Below, one piece after another: positions 9,522 to 20,189 of a DNA stretch of 64,000 nucleotides; positions within the stretch are counted from its first letter, which is position 1, and each line of letters begins with the position of its first letter. Under the pieces are notes generated by a model. It saw nothing but the letters and a program-made list of their open reading frames with translations, did not search any database and was not told where the DNA came from. The position numbers and the translations under genes were made by a program. The stretch comes from a virus: positions 1 to 64,000 of the IMG/VR virus record IMGVR_UViG_3300025154_000063. One strand, written 5' to 3'.

Positions 9522-10319
9522 TTAGATATTGTAAGAAAGGATTTGGGCTGCTTTAGCAACTACCTTATCTTCTTCTGTCTCAGGAATGAATTTAACTCCT
9601 GCGTTGTTGGCTACCTTACCGGCTAACCATTTAATTACTGCTGTGGAGTTTTCAATTCCTTCTACCTTTGCAAATGTCTTTCCTAAGAACTCTTTGGGCA
9701 GTGGGAGAGTCTTTGAAACAACTGTGCTCATTGCCCACTCAACTTCTGCCTCAGTTGGAGCACTACCATTAGCTGATTTAGTGTGGATATTAACCTTCAT
9801 CCATCTGCTGAATTTGCGCTTTGGTTTCTTTGCTCCCTCGGTGTAGTATGGGTTTGGCTTGAATGCCACCTTAACCAACTCATCGGCTGTTGAAAAGAAT
9901 TTGTCTGACTTTGCAGCTGCTCCTCTTTCAATTGGATTACCCTGCCAAACTGGCATACTATTAAGGGATAATCCTGTGGCTAATTCAAATGCCTCAACAT
10001 CAACATCTTCATTTAGGTACATTCCCATGGTGCGGAATTTGGCATTAGGCCCATACATGTCAATGATGGGTGTTATTCTACCATCATCTTCTTCTTTCTC
10101 ACGACGAACGAAGTATTTCATTTCCTCAATTGTCTCACCATCTTCGGCATCTGATGTCCCTACCATATCGGTTGTGAATCCAGCAGCCATCAGGCTTTCA
10201 ATCGACGTTCGAATATTTGTAGCTTGTTCGATAGTCATTGTTTGATTTGGGTTAATGGGGACGGTTACTTGTACACCATTCACAAATAGCTTAACCCAAC
10301 CAGTGTTTTCTTCTGCCAT
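9522..10319 (-). CDS. Hypothetical protein (replication module)
   Basis: AGGAG SD and own promoter at 10353-10385; no family recognised. Confidence 0.65.
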   Translation of the reverse strand: MAEENTGWVKLFVNGVQVTVPINPNQTMTIEQATNIRTSIESLMAAGFTTDMVGTSDAEDGETIEEMKYFVRREKEEDDGRITPIIDMYGPNAKFRTMGMYLNEDVDVEAFELATGLSLNSMPVWQGNPIERGAAAKSDKFFSTADELVKVAFKPNPYYTEGAKKPKRKFSRWMKVNIHTKSANGSAPTEAEVEWAMSTVVSKTLPLPKEFLGKTFAKVEGIENSTAVIKWLAGKVANNAGVKFIPETEEDKVVAKAAQILSYNI

Positions 10320-10377
10320 ATATTTTCTCCTTTGTTAGAGTTTGTTTGATGTATTAATTATACCACAAGATGTTAGA

Positions 10378-10824
10378 TTATGCAAGGGCTAATAAGTTAT
10401 CATACTTAGATATATTTCCTGCAGTATCAATCTTGTATGCAGGGATGTTAAACTTCACAGCAGTATCTAGCATGTGTTTTGTTCCAACGGACTTGCCGTC
10501 CCAAAAAGCAAGAAGAAGGTTTACCTCTCCTCTCTTCTCTGTTGCCAGCTTAGCCATTTCAACATTTCTTAAGATGCCTGCAGACTTTCCATACTTTTCC
10601 CAATCAGCAGGAACACATACCTGTTTAAACTTATACTCAGTAGCAAAACGAGAACCACATTCATCAGCCCCCTTAGCCCCGCCTGTGATGAATGTGATGT
10701 CGTGATGAAATACATATCCCCATATATCTTCATGCTCATAGATATGTTTAATTGCCTTTAGACACACTACAGCAACCAGTGTATAATTAGTAAATGTTCT
10801 TGAGCCTGCTATAATTATCTTCAT
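10378..10824 (-). CDS. YspA-like SLOG family protein (DUF2493)
   Basis: IIIAGSR, GGAKGAD, PADW...GKSAG-x-x-RN, WDGKS-x-GT. Confidence 0.85.
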   Translation of the reverse strand: MKIIIAGSRTFTNYTLVAVVCLKAIKHIYEHEDIWGYVFHHDITFITGGAKGADECGSRFATEYKFKQVCVPADWEKYGKSAGILRNVEMAKLATEKRGEVNLLLAFWDGKSVGTKHMLDTAVKFNIPAYKIDTAGNISKYDNLLALA

Positions 10825-11834
10825 ACTACATCCTGTCGGTTTCTGATAGGCAAGCGCCTGATTAAGTCATCCACAATCTCACGTGGAAGGTCTACAATAT
10901 CTGCATAGAACGGCACAGAAATGACCTCTACGATGTTTTTAGTTCCTGTTGCACTATCTATGCCCATTCGTACTAATTCAACCACTAGAGCGTCAGATTT
11001 TGTGTCCCACGTGTAATTTATTTCTGGTATCTCCAAGATGTCATGCTTGATAAATGACATAGCATCCTTACTACTAGCATGACCAGACACTTCTTCAAGA
11101 AGAGCTTTCATAATTGGGCGTGCTCCAGTAAACAAGGCTTCCTTGTTCTCATCTGACGGGTCAGCTAAGAACGCTGCTGACAAGTTGGCTAAGCCTTCTG
11201 CTAACTCAGGGGCTACTCGCTCTGCTACCTGTCTTAAAGCTTCTGGATTTACGGAGTCAAGACTTCCGCCTGTCCACTCACCAACAAGTTTAAGGGTCTC
11301 TTGAATAGCATAAGGGCGAGCAGTGATGATTTGGAAAGCCTCGCTCTCTGTGTACCCTAGGCTAAGAGTCCGCTCGATAGCTGCCAACCGCATGAACACA
11401 AGCCCACGTGATATGCTAGCCTCACGGCAGAACCAACCAATAAACTTCTCTTGGTTTTCAAATGGTGCTTCTGTTTCTGGATTCATAAGAGACAGATACA
11501 CAGGCACACCATCTTCTGTTAATGTCCGGCAGAATTGATATAGCCTGAATAGACCACGCTCACGAAGGATACGGGAAATGTTTACGTCACGGCTAACACG
11601 GCGGAGGGTTTCTTCTGGAGACTGACTTACATCAGGTACTTCCATGGAGAACATGTCTGTGATAGTGGTTAATAAACTAGCTAGGTTTTCCACTACATCG
11701 GGTGGTAGTAGACCTTGGATGTCCTCTCTCTGTATAGCCTCAACGAGCGGGAGAAGTTTCATTTCTGCAACCACCCGCTGAATTTCTGCGTTGGGATTTT
11801 CTGGTAACTGTAGTGCTAAGTTTTTGAATTCCAT
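10821..11834 (-). CDS. Hypothetical protein
   Basis: 337-aa ORF translationally coupled to neighbours. Confidence 0.65.
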   Translation of the reverse strand: MEFKNLALQLPENPNAEIQRVVAEMKLLPLVEAIQREDIQGLLPPDVVENLASLLTTITDMFSMEVPDVSQSPEETLRRVSRDVNISRILRERGLFRLYQFCRTLTEDGVPVYLSLMNPETEAPFENQEKFIGWFCREASISRGLVFMRLAAIERTLSLGYTESEAFQIITARPYAIQETLKLVGEWTGGSLDSVNPEALRQVAERVAPELAEGLANLSAAFLADPSDENKEALFTGARPIMKALLEEVSGHASSKDAMSFIKHDILEIPEINYTWDTKSDALVVELVRMGIDSATGTKNIVEVISVPFYADIVDLPREIVDDLIRRLPIRNRQDVV

Positions 11835-12839
11835 TTAGTCAATATCTCCTATAGGTTTAGTTGTGGCACGTCCGATGAAACAACCAGATTCATCATCTAA
11901 AGGTTGCCATAAAGTAAAGCTCGAAGCTCTACGACTTTCTTCCAGAATAATTCTCATAACTCCTGAGCCAGACTCATACTTTGTAGAGATAACAGAGTTG
12001 GCTTCTTCTGCTGCTTTTGAACCACCTGCTGCCATAAGTGTACCACCGTTGCGTGATTCCCTTACAGACGTTAGAGAGACCTGTGTAAGTAAGAAGCATG
12101 CCACGTTGTAGCGAGCTACTAAGTCACCGATTGCACTGACAGACTTAATTAATTTTTCATAGCTTGATGCTTCACCCGCTATTGCATACTGTTGGGCGTG
12201 GTCAATAACAAACATATTGACACCCTCTTCTTCAATTAGCCTTACCCAACGTGATTCTGCAGGTTCTTGTGGGTCATAGGCATTGCCTAAGTCACGTGTG
12301 TTTCCTTGCATAGGGTTAGCACCATGAACAAGTAATGACCATTCAGACATAGTAGCTATAGCATAGTTAATAGCTTTGAGCTGGTCTTTTGTTCTTGAGT
12401 TGTACATCAGAAATTCTGGGGTTATGCCTAGTTGATTGCACACAGCCTGACCACAAGCGTGGCAGTGTGAGAATGGAGTGTGTCCCTCACCAAGTAAATA
12501 CCTTGTAGCCATAATAGATATAAGGCTATCTCTGTATCTGCGAGGAGGCATGCCAGACTCAAGTGTATCAATATTAATTACAGGTGGGTTAACTAGCTCT
12601 GCATTGTTACAGATGTTGGCAATTACATTTGCCATGAAAGTTGTCTTACGATTTTTCTCTTGTCCCTGAACAACAACCAATTCACCATTAAGAACATCAA
12701 CACCATAGAGTGCTCTGTCTAATTCAGGAATGCCATAAGGTACAAGTAGCTTGCGGTTGTCTTCTGGTTTGCCCCAATCATCAACACATTGTTTGATTAA
12801 GTCTCGGATATGTGGGCTGTATGCTGTAGTTTTTTCCAT
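11835..12839 (-). CDS. DnaB/RecA-fold helicase-like ATPase with atypical P-loop
   Basis: YGIPELDRAL..GELVVVQGQEKNRKTT, LES, VIDH, LLTQ; start set at MEKTT after AGGAGG SD. Confidence 0.65.
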   Translation of the reverse strand: MEKTTAYSPHIRDLIKQCVDDWGKPEDNRKLLVPYGIPELDRALYGVDVLNGELVVVQGQEKNRKTTFMANVIANICNNAELVNPPVINIDTLESGMPPRRYRDSLISIMATRYLLGEGHTPFSHCHACGQAVCNQLGITPEFLMYNSRTKDQLKAINYAIATMSEWSLLVHGANPMQGNTRDLGNAYDPQEPAESRWVRLIEEEGVNMFVIDHAQQYAIAGEASSYEKLIKSVSAIGDLVARYNVACFLLTQVSLTSVRESRNGGTLMAAGGSKAAEEANSVISTKYESGSGVMRIILEESRRASSFTLWQPLDDESGCFIGRATTKPIGDID

Positions 12840-12923
12840 AGTCCTCCTAACTAAAGGTGCTCTGTTTATGACATTAATTATATCATATTCAGAGCACCAT
12901 GTCAAGTATAAGTTTGTACTAAT

Positions 12924-14720
12924 TTAGTGGGTATCTCCCCAACTAGCTCCCGCTTTCCCGTCTGCAACAAGACCCACTCTCATGCCTAGAATTTCCCCTG
13001 CCTCAACCATGTGCTTTGAAGCTACTTTAAGAAACTCTTGAGTTGATGCTTGTGGACATTCAAAGGCTAACTCATCGTGCACTTGTGCATTCATTTCAGC
13101 ACCATAGTCCTGTGCTATTGGGTGTATGTTAAGCATAGCAACCTTAACAATGTCAGCAGCAGAACCTTGAATAATCGAATTGGCTGCTTGTCTTTGAGCA
13201 GCAAATCGTAGTGAATCATCACGGGATGATAGCTCAGGCAGTCTGCGTTTTCTGCCACCTATTGTTTTAACATATCCCAAAGCGGTAGCGTGTTGTACAA
13301 CTCTCTCTTTCCACAACTTAATTGATGGGTAAGCATTATCAAAAGCATTGAGCCATGACTTGGCTTGTTTAAGTGATGGTCTAGGATTGCCACCTTTTTC
13401 GACTGTCTCTGAGATAGTCTTTGGGCCTGCTCCGTAAAATACACCGAAGTTTAGAGCCTTAGCAACATACCTTTGAACATCACCACACAGCGTTGCTGTT
13501 AATTGGTGTGGGTCACCACCATCCTCAAAGAGTTTGGTCAGGTTCTTATCTCTTGTGAAGTGAGCACCAATACGCATTTCCAGTTGTGAGTAGTCAATGT
13601 CTACGAAGTAACTATCTTCTGGTGCAATAAAGAGCTTTCGTATTTGAGCACCATCTAAACCCTTGGCGGGAATGTTCTGTAGGTTGGGGTCAGATGATGA
13701 TAGTCGACCAGTGACTGTGCCAGTCTGATTGAATGAACCATATAGTCTACCACCAATCTGCATGTCTCTAAAGGCATCAGTGTACTCAAGCAGTTTTTTA
13801 TATTTTTTTACTTGTAGTAAGGCATCAATAGAGCCTGTCTTATCATACTCTTTTAGTCTGGCTAGTGATAGGGCATCTGATGACGGTGCACCGGAGTCTG
13901 TAAACCTAGTAGGCGTGAACCCCAGTGTGGTATATAGATAATTACCAAGTTGTTTGGATGAGTTAGGATTTACTCCATTGCTCAAGCTCATCCAAGTTTC
14001 GTATGCGTGGTCACGCTTGGTAAGGAATTCCTCCGCAACTACTGGAAGATTGTTGTTATCAATATAAAAACCAACACGTTCCATGTCAAGAAGAACCTTT
14101 AGAAAAGGCATTTCAACATTCATCATTTGAGCAGTCATGCCCTCTTTCTCAACCTCATGCGTACATACTTGCTTGAGGTCTAGAGTTAGCCGAGCATCGA
14201 GACCTGCGTACTCTGCTAGCTTGGTGGGGTCTATCATGTCAATGGTTACATCAGACAGTTTCTTTAGTTTTAATTCTTTCTTAACTTCGGCAACCAAGTC
14301 TTTAAACTGTGGTAGATTTTTTGGCATACCTAGCTTTGTCTCAGCCAGTACCTTTAGCTTAAGTGTCTGGTTTTCATCAACGAGAGCTTGTGCTACCATC
14401 GTGTCATAGACTTGATTAAATTCAACTCCATGGTTGCGGAAAAAGTGCATATCAAATTTGCCATTGTGCATGATAGCAAGTTTATTAGGCTGTGCTCCAA
14501 CCAGCTTAATAGCAGCCATACCCGCTTCCAACATGTGGTGTGGAATATACCACTCATAGTTTGCTGTTGCTGTAGAGATACCATACACCTCGTCTGTTGT
14601 GAAGTTAAGACCAGTAGTTTCTAAGTCAATAGCAAATTCTGGTGCTCTCATAATACAGCGCACCATGTGGTTTATCTCTTCAACGTCCAAACATATCTTA
14701 AAGTTTTTTAGGTACTGCAT
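12924..14720 (-). CDS. polA: DNA polymerase family A (3'-5' exonuclease + polymerase)
   Basis: DLETTG, HNGKFD, YAGLD; TGRLSSSDPNLQNIP, DYSQLEMR, KALNFGVFYG, QVHDE. Confidence 0.95.
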   Translation of the reverse strand: MQYLKNFKICLDVEEINHMVRCIMRAPEFAIDLETTGLNFTTDEVYGISTATANYEWYIPHHMLEAGMAAIKLVGAQPNKLAIMHNGKFDMHFFRNHGVEFNQVYDTMVAQALVDENQTLKLKVLAETKLGMPKNLPQFKDLVAEVKKELKLKKLSDVTIDMIDPTKLAEYAGLDARLTLDLKQVCTHEVEKEGMTAQMMNVEMPFLKVLLDMERVGFYIDNNNLPVVAEEFLTKRDHAYETWMSLSNGVNPNSSKQLGNYLYTTLGFTPTRFTDSGAPSSDALSLARLKEYDKTGSIDALLQVKKYKKLLEYTDAFRDMQIGGRLYGSFNQTGTVTGRLSSSDPNLQNIPAKGLDGAQIRKLFIAPEDSYFVDIDYSQLEMRIGAHFTRDKNLTKLFEDGGDPHQLTATLCGDVQRYVAKALNFGVFYGAGPKTISETVEKGGNPRPSLKQAKSWLNAFDNAYPSIKLWKERVVQHATALGYVKTIGGRKRRLPELSSRDDSLRFAAQRQAANSIIQGSAADIVKVAMLNIHPIAQDYGAEMNAQVHDELAFECPQASTQEFLKVASKHMVEAGEILGMRVGLVADGKAGASWGDTH

Positions 14721-14728
14721 GTTACCTC

Positions 14729-15214
14729 CTAGGAAAAGACATCTTCTTTCCTCATAATTTTATTAAGCTGCTTTTGTTGCTTAAGGTATTCTTCTTCCTC
14801 AGCATCCATAATACTAGTAACTATTGCAAGAGCTAGTGGGAAGTCAAACCTTACCTGAACCAAAGAAGTGCGTAGTTTCCAGTTAAACTTTTTATCTGAA
14901 AACAATAGAGCGATTGCCCTTATTACTTTGTTTATGTCGTGGTCAGCATCACTCAGTAGTAGCTCGGCTGTGACTAACTCACGTTTATATGTTGGTGACT
15001 TCTTGTTAATCTTAAATACTACGGGCTTACCACTCTCAGCAGTGAGGTTTTTAGATACACTGTTCTCAAGAAACTCAAGTATAGTCACAGTGGGTGATGA
15101 GCCCGTGTCTCTGTACCAAACCCCCTTGTATATACTTATAGGTTCTTTACAGTTTGGGCACAGACCTGCCACCCTTTTTGTTTGCTCTGTCTTACACATT
15201 GGACACATAGCCAT
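14729..15214 (-). CDS. Zn-ribbon hypothetical protein
   Basis: CPMC...CPNC N-terminus. Confidence 0.6.
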   Translation of the reverse strand: MAMCPMCKTEQTKRVAGLCPNCKEPISIYKGVWYRDTGSSPTVTILEFLENSVSKNLTAESGKPVVFKINKKSPTYKRELVTAELLLSDADHDINKVIRAIALLFSDKKFNWKLRTSLVQVRFDFPLALAIVTSIMDAEEEEYLKQQKQLNKIMRKEDVFS

Positions 15215-15441
15215 TATATTTTACCTGACTTTCTAAGACCATCAAAGGTCTCATCCATTTTAACTCTAGGCAATAACCTATCTTCAAACAACATTTTGAA
15301 TATTGCTAAGCGAACCCACTCACTCATAGACATCTTCCGCATTGTCATTGAGCGGACAATCATCTTGAACACTGGTGCAGACACCAGACATCTAACTGGT
15401 GTGCTGATTTTTCTATCATCATCTTTTGTTGGTCTTCCCAT
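15214..15441 (-). CDS. Ribbon-helix-helix-like DNA-binding protein
   Basis: MGRP..., beta strand then MSMSEWVRLAI. Confidence 0.5.
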   Translation of the reverse strand: MGRPTKDDDRKISTPVRCLVSAPVFKMIVRSMTMRKMSMSEWVRLAIFKMLFEDRLLPRVKMDETFDGLRKSGKI

Positions 15442-15632
15442 ATTATCTGCTCCTCATTACATGCTCCCCTATTCCCACAATAGCCCTAGCTTTTTCGAAG
15501 AAAGCATCTTCACCATATGCTATGCTATTGCCACAGTCTAGTCTATGTTGGTTCTCTGCTTTCATTCCCTCAACCTGTACCAGTAATGCTTCTAACTCAC
15601 ATCGTTGTGCAAATAGATAAGCATCGTCCATC

Positions 15633-16298
15633 TTATCCTCCTGTCATTTGTTTCTTAATTTCCATGGCATCTTCCACAGCACCAATTGAAACCATCATAC
15701 TTAGGATGCTTGGTATGGTCTCTTTCCTCATAGTCGGTGGCACTGTGTATGCCAACTGCCATAGTATAGCAAGCATTTCTATATAAGGTAAAACATCTGT
15801 TGTCTTGGTTGACTTAACTAATGCCTCCTGTAATTGAACAAACAGGGGTGCTGTGTACTTGTACTCTGGTAACTTTGTTAGCGCTAGGTTTCTAAATGCT
15901 GTCTCTAGCACACCAGACATTGGTGCTCGCATTGTTTGACATAGCTTATTAAAAGCTTCTTCAACTGTTGTACACCTGTTACATATACCAACCTTTAGTC
16001 TTCGAGATACAGGCATACCAAAAGCCTTCTCCGAAATTTTTTTAGTAGCCCGCTTATCCTCAGTCTCTTGTGATGCTCCAACCCACCACTCTTCAATAGG
16101 TTGACGACGTAATACAACTGAGGCATCAACCATACGTGGTGTTCTATGGAAAGCCGAGGCATATGGTACTGGTGGAATTACTAATGTAAACATTGGAATA
16201 ATACCAGTAGCACTACCTGTACCACTGGTTATGTATAGACCATATTCTTTGCGTAGTCCACAACCACGCTTGCTAGTTGTTACTGAAACAATCTGCAT
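15633..16298 (-). CDS. Hypothetical protein
   Basis: GGAGG SD, promoter at 16315-16349; KRGCG motif. Confidence 0.55.
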   Translation of the reverse strand: MQIVSVTTSKRGCGLRKEYGLYITSGTGSATGIIPMFTLVIPPVPYASAFHRTPRMVDASVVLRRQPIEEWWVGASQETEDKRATKKISEKAFGMPVSRRLKVGICNRCTTVEEAFNKLCQTMRAPMSGVLETAFRNLALTKLPEYKYTAPLFVQLQEALVKSTKTTDVLPYIEMLAILWQLAYTVPPTMRKETIPSILSMMVSIGAVEDAMEIKKQMTGG

Positions 16299-16352
16299 AT
16301 ACCCTCCATTTCTTACATTAATTATAGCATAGAAATTCAATTAACGCAAGGG

Positions 16353-16934
16353 TCAATTCATGTTGTCCCTAAGCTGACGTAAGTGATTGTATGCTGAGAT
16401 AACTGTCATCCAGTTTCCTCTGAATTTTGTTGGGTGAAAAGCATTCCATGGTTGAGTATATAGTATACTGATTGTGTCAGGCCACACTTCTCTCATCTTG
16501 TCAAAGGTCTGAGCTTTATCATCTACAAACAGGTCACAGTGCAGCAGGGACTTATCGGCTATTTCAACATAGTCTTCTTTTGCCACGTCAAACCCTAGGT
16601 CATTTAATAAAGTAAACTTCCTCCCCTCTGTTCCCTGTGCCGAGTGTGTAGCATATACAATACGAGTGCCACGTTGACGCATAAGAGCAATGGCACTTAG
16701 GGCAGCAGGAAAAGCTTTAACATTATCATAGATGCTAGGTTGATACATGAGTGCCATACCCTCCTCAGCAAACTCCGGCTTAAAACATTTTTTAATATCG
16801 AAAGAAGATATTTCTTCTTTCCTTAAGTCATCATTAGCTAAGGCGTTGTACTTAACCAACCACTCATCAACTAAACCAACACAGGTATCATCAACATCAA
16901 CAACAACAGTCAACTTACGAATTGAGTATCTCAT
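16353..16934 (-). CDS. 5'(3')-deoxyribonucleotidase (HAD, NT5C-like)
   Basis: DVDDT, DKSLL, FVDDK, QPWN motifs. Confidence 0.85.
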   Translation of the reverse strand: MRYSIRKLTVVVDVDDTCVGLVDEWLVKYNALANDDLRKEEISSFDIKKCFKPEFAEEGMALMYQPSIYDNVKAFPAALSAIALMRQRGTRIVYATHSAQGTEGRKFTLLNDLGFDVAKEDYVEIADKSLLHCDLFVDDKAQTFDKMREVWPDTISILYTQPWNAFHPTKFRGNWMTVISAYNHLRQLRDNMN

Positions 16935-17158
16935 CTTCTTCCTCCTCGTGCCTACATAACATATCTTTGGCAAGTAAAAATATACAGTCAGGTTCATGTT
17001 TTATGTTGCGTGTGTAATAATCATCTTCACCACACAGTGGACATTGCTCATAGTCTCTACCATTATTGTTGGATATATAGTTCATATCACAGTTTGCAAC
17101 CCCCATTAGTACTGTAAGCACATCATCATATTTCCAACCAGAAGAGTATAGTTTTTGC

Positions 17159-17746
17159 TCATTCGTTTGTGTCATTATCGTCCTCCATGTATGTAACATG
17201 TACAGGGGTTACTATTCCAGCATCTATATATGCCTGTATATCTTTATGCTCCTCCGGCAGTGTGTCAACACCATCTGGTAGAACAAACTCTATACGACCA
17301 AATGGGGCAAACCCAAACACACCCATCATATATTCAATACCATATTCCTTTTCCAACTTTGTTTTAAAGAAGGTCGGAAGTGTTGATATAGCTCTTGAGA
17401 TTGTCAACATTGGCAAGGGTACGTAGTCCTCAGCTTTCAAGTTATCTCCTGTCCACCCATGGATTTTTTCCTTTTCCACATCCATAAGAGCCATGATGTC
17501 ATCAGCAACTATGGTATCCATTTCCAGCAGGGCGTAGGCTAAGTCAACAAGGTCTCTGCCTTCCGCTGTCACCCTGACGATTGCTTGCGGGTGAGCTAGC
17601 AGGACGTGGCTCTCGTATGGTACAAGACCATCTGGTATATAAGTTAGAGGTATCCTTTTAGATACCCCCATTCTCTGTGCCTCAACTATAAACTCATCAA
17701 GTCCATAGTGTTCTTCACCCACACAAAACAAAAGTGATGCTGTCAT
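17159..17746 (-). CDS. Hypothetical protein
   Basis: 195-aa ORF, F-x-x-EA-x-x-MGVSKRIP motif. Confidence 0.55.
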   Translation of the reverse strand: MTASLLFCVGEEHYGLDEFIVEAQRMGVSKRIPLTYIPDGLVPYESHVLLAHPQAIVRVTAEGRDLVDLAYALLEMDTIVADDIMALMDVEKEKIHGWTGDNLKAEDYVPLPMLTISRAISTLPTFFKTKLEKEYGIEYMMGVFGFAPFGRIEFVLPDGVDTLPEEHKDIQAYIDAGIVTPVHVTYMEDDNDTNE

Positions 17747-17748
17747 TG

Positions 17749-19381
17749 TTATTCCTTTCGTAGTGGTTTGAATGTTATATTTGGGAAGTGCTCAAGTACT
17801 ATGTCTTTGATAGTACAAACTTCTTCCTCTGTTATGTGCTTGTTAGCTATCTTTATGTCAAACTTATGAGTATCACCTTCGGCAGTAGCTCTGATTACTA
17901 CTGCCCCTGTGCCAAACATCTTTCTAAAACTCTCATTTATTTCTCTGTATATGTTTATTACATTAGCCATCAATCATTCTCCGAATAAACATTCTCGTTT
18001 GTGGACACAAGGTTGTGTCGTTGTCTAAGATATGTTGCAGCATTATTTTGTCTGCCCAGATATGAGTATTTAGGCACTTTATTTCATCAATCAAACTAAT
18101 TACAATTGTCCTATCATATCCTTTACCGTCTATCCATATTGTGGTTGGTACAGGATATACTTTTTGAAAGTCCAGAGGAACAGTCATGGAATGTTTATTA
18201 AGATTACAGGGACAACCAGTATCTTTACCTTCACACATATTATTCACTTTCCTTTGTAGTCCTATACATTCCAACGAATGCCGGACTTGTTGGGTTAACA
18301 GAGAATATTATTTTGTTACCATCACTCTCTGTGTACTCAAGTTGTAGCAAGTCTGCGTTTCCACGGGGCATGTTGATAACAACACATTCAATCTCAAGTC
18401 CACCACACTGAAATGGAAATACATCATTCTCATAAAATTTGACCATTACTTTATTACCATTCTCAATCATGTTATAGTCTCCTTCAAGCTATCAATTCTT
18501 TTACTTATGTCACGTAGTCCTGTAAGTGATTGCACAAGATTACTTGAAATTAATAAAAGCTCTCTTTGTGCTTTTACCTGAGTACAATACTCTTTGTGTT
18601 CAACTAAACCATTCTCTAGTTGTCTTCCAAAGCACAGGGCACATACCCGTACATGGCTGCCCACATACGGCTCAAATGTTATTGGTTCAAAGACCAGTTT
18701 TTCTAACTCAGATTTTTTTATTTTACTCATTCTTTCACCCTCTGAAAGTAAGTTTCCACCATGTGCATTCGACCATCTGGTTTAAGCTCTCTCCTAGTAA
18801 AAGACTTTATAATGGAGCTATGTCCATTCGAGCACCTGCTGTGTGAACGGTAGCACCGACAGAATTCAGTAAGAGTAATACCACACAAAGGGCATACATC
18901 TGGTATGTCATTTACATTAGAGTAAGTCATTCCATCCATTCACAACCTCCTTCAAAGTATATCCATGAGCGACACAGCCAGACAAGTTTCTTTCCCATTT
19001 GTGCCTTAAACATGTTGTCTCCGCAGGCAGGACAATACATGCTTGGATGCCACTCAGCTTCACGGATGAATTTATCTGCAGCCTGAGTGTCCGCCTCACT
19101 TAGGTTCAGTTGTGTTACATCAACTTTGTCTATCATCTTCTTCACCTTCTTTAATAGAGTGTATAATCATATTTCTTGTTTTCTTTTCCTTCCACCAAGA
19201 AGAACATATTAGGCCAGTCCCAAAACTTTTCACCTTTGTTGACCCAGAACCACCCCTTCTTAACAACCCTTTGCCACAGCTTTTGTCCTTTCCAACCACC
19301 ACGTCCCCCCAAGCATATAAACTTCTTGCCGTTCCCTGCAAAGGTTTCATATAACTTTGGTCGTATGTGTATGCTACTCAT
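17749..19381 (-). other. Run of small leftward hypothetical ORFs, several with CxxC
   Basis: Overlapping start/stop junctions with SD sites (17749, 17963, 18240, 18467, 18727, 18927, 19151). Confidence 0.55.
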
Positions 19382-19385
19382 TTGA

Positions 19386-20189
19386 TTACTCCTTTATGTT
19401 TGATATAACACCAGACAACATCTTGCGTATGCTATTCACTAGGTCACGTGCTTGCTTGCCAACTTGTGGGTCTACAATCACATCTTCTTGGATGGACAAT
19501 AACTCATGTGCCACACGTTCAAGCATGGCGACTGTCATTAATTCCAATGGGTTCTCTGGTGTATATTCTCCAAGAACCATCTGCTTAACCTTACCACCAG
19601 CACCTTCCATCTTGTGCATAGCTACCAGTTTCTTCACAGCCGTTACTGTCTTGGCGCTGATAACTGCTTGGGCAATTTCTTCCTGCTCTTCTTCCGGCAG
19701 GGCAATGACTTCTTCTGCAGCACTTGGTGACAGGCGACCATCGTTAACTGCTGCCCGTATCTTCGGGGATGCTGCGAGCATGGACAAGTATAGACTAACA
19801 GCAGCCTCAGACATGACCAGTTGTTCTGCAATGTCTTTTTGTTTCATACCAAGAGCCTTCATGTCGGATACAATATTAGCATTGTCGAAGTAGGTTGCAC
19901 CCACCCTGTGTTGATTCTCCGCATACTGTTGTCTAAGTAATTCAGCATTACTCTCAGGGGTGGCATCAATGATTGCATCAATTGTTTCCCACCCTAATAT
20001 CTTGGCAGCCTCCAAGCGCCTGTGACCAAAGCGAACAAAGTATTCATCATTCATAATGAATACACTGATAGGTACAAGCAAACCATTCTGTTGCATGGAT
20101 GATGTAAGCTCAGACAAGTTGTTCACATTTAGGCGTGGGTTCTTTTCAACATTGATTAACTCAATAGGTAATTGCATTATCTTATACAC
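19386..20189 (-). CDS. ParB/Spo0J-like protein
   Basis: NPR, GLLVPI, GHRRLEA, EN-x-x-R, HTH (QKDIAEQLVMSEAAVS). Confidence 0.85.
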   Translation of the reverse strand: MYKIMQLPIELINVEKNPRLNVNNLSELTSSMQQNGLLVPISVFIMNDEYFVRFGHRRLEAAKILGWETIDAIIDATPESNAELLRQQYAENQHRVGATYFDNANIVSDMKALGMKQKDIAEQLVMSEAAVSLYLSMLAASPKIRAAVNDGRLSPSAAEEVIALPEEEQEEIAQAVISAKTVTAVKKLVAMHKMEGAGGKVKQMVLGEYTPENPLELMTVAMLERVAHELLSIQEDVIVDPQVGKQARDLVNSIRKMLSGVISNIKE

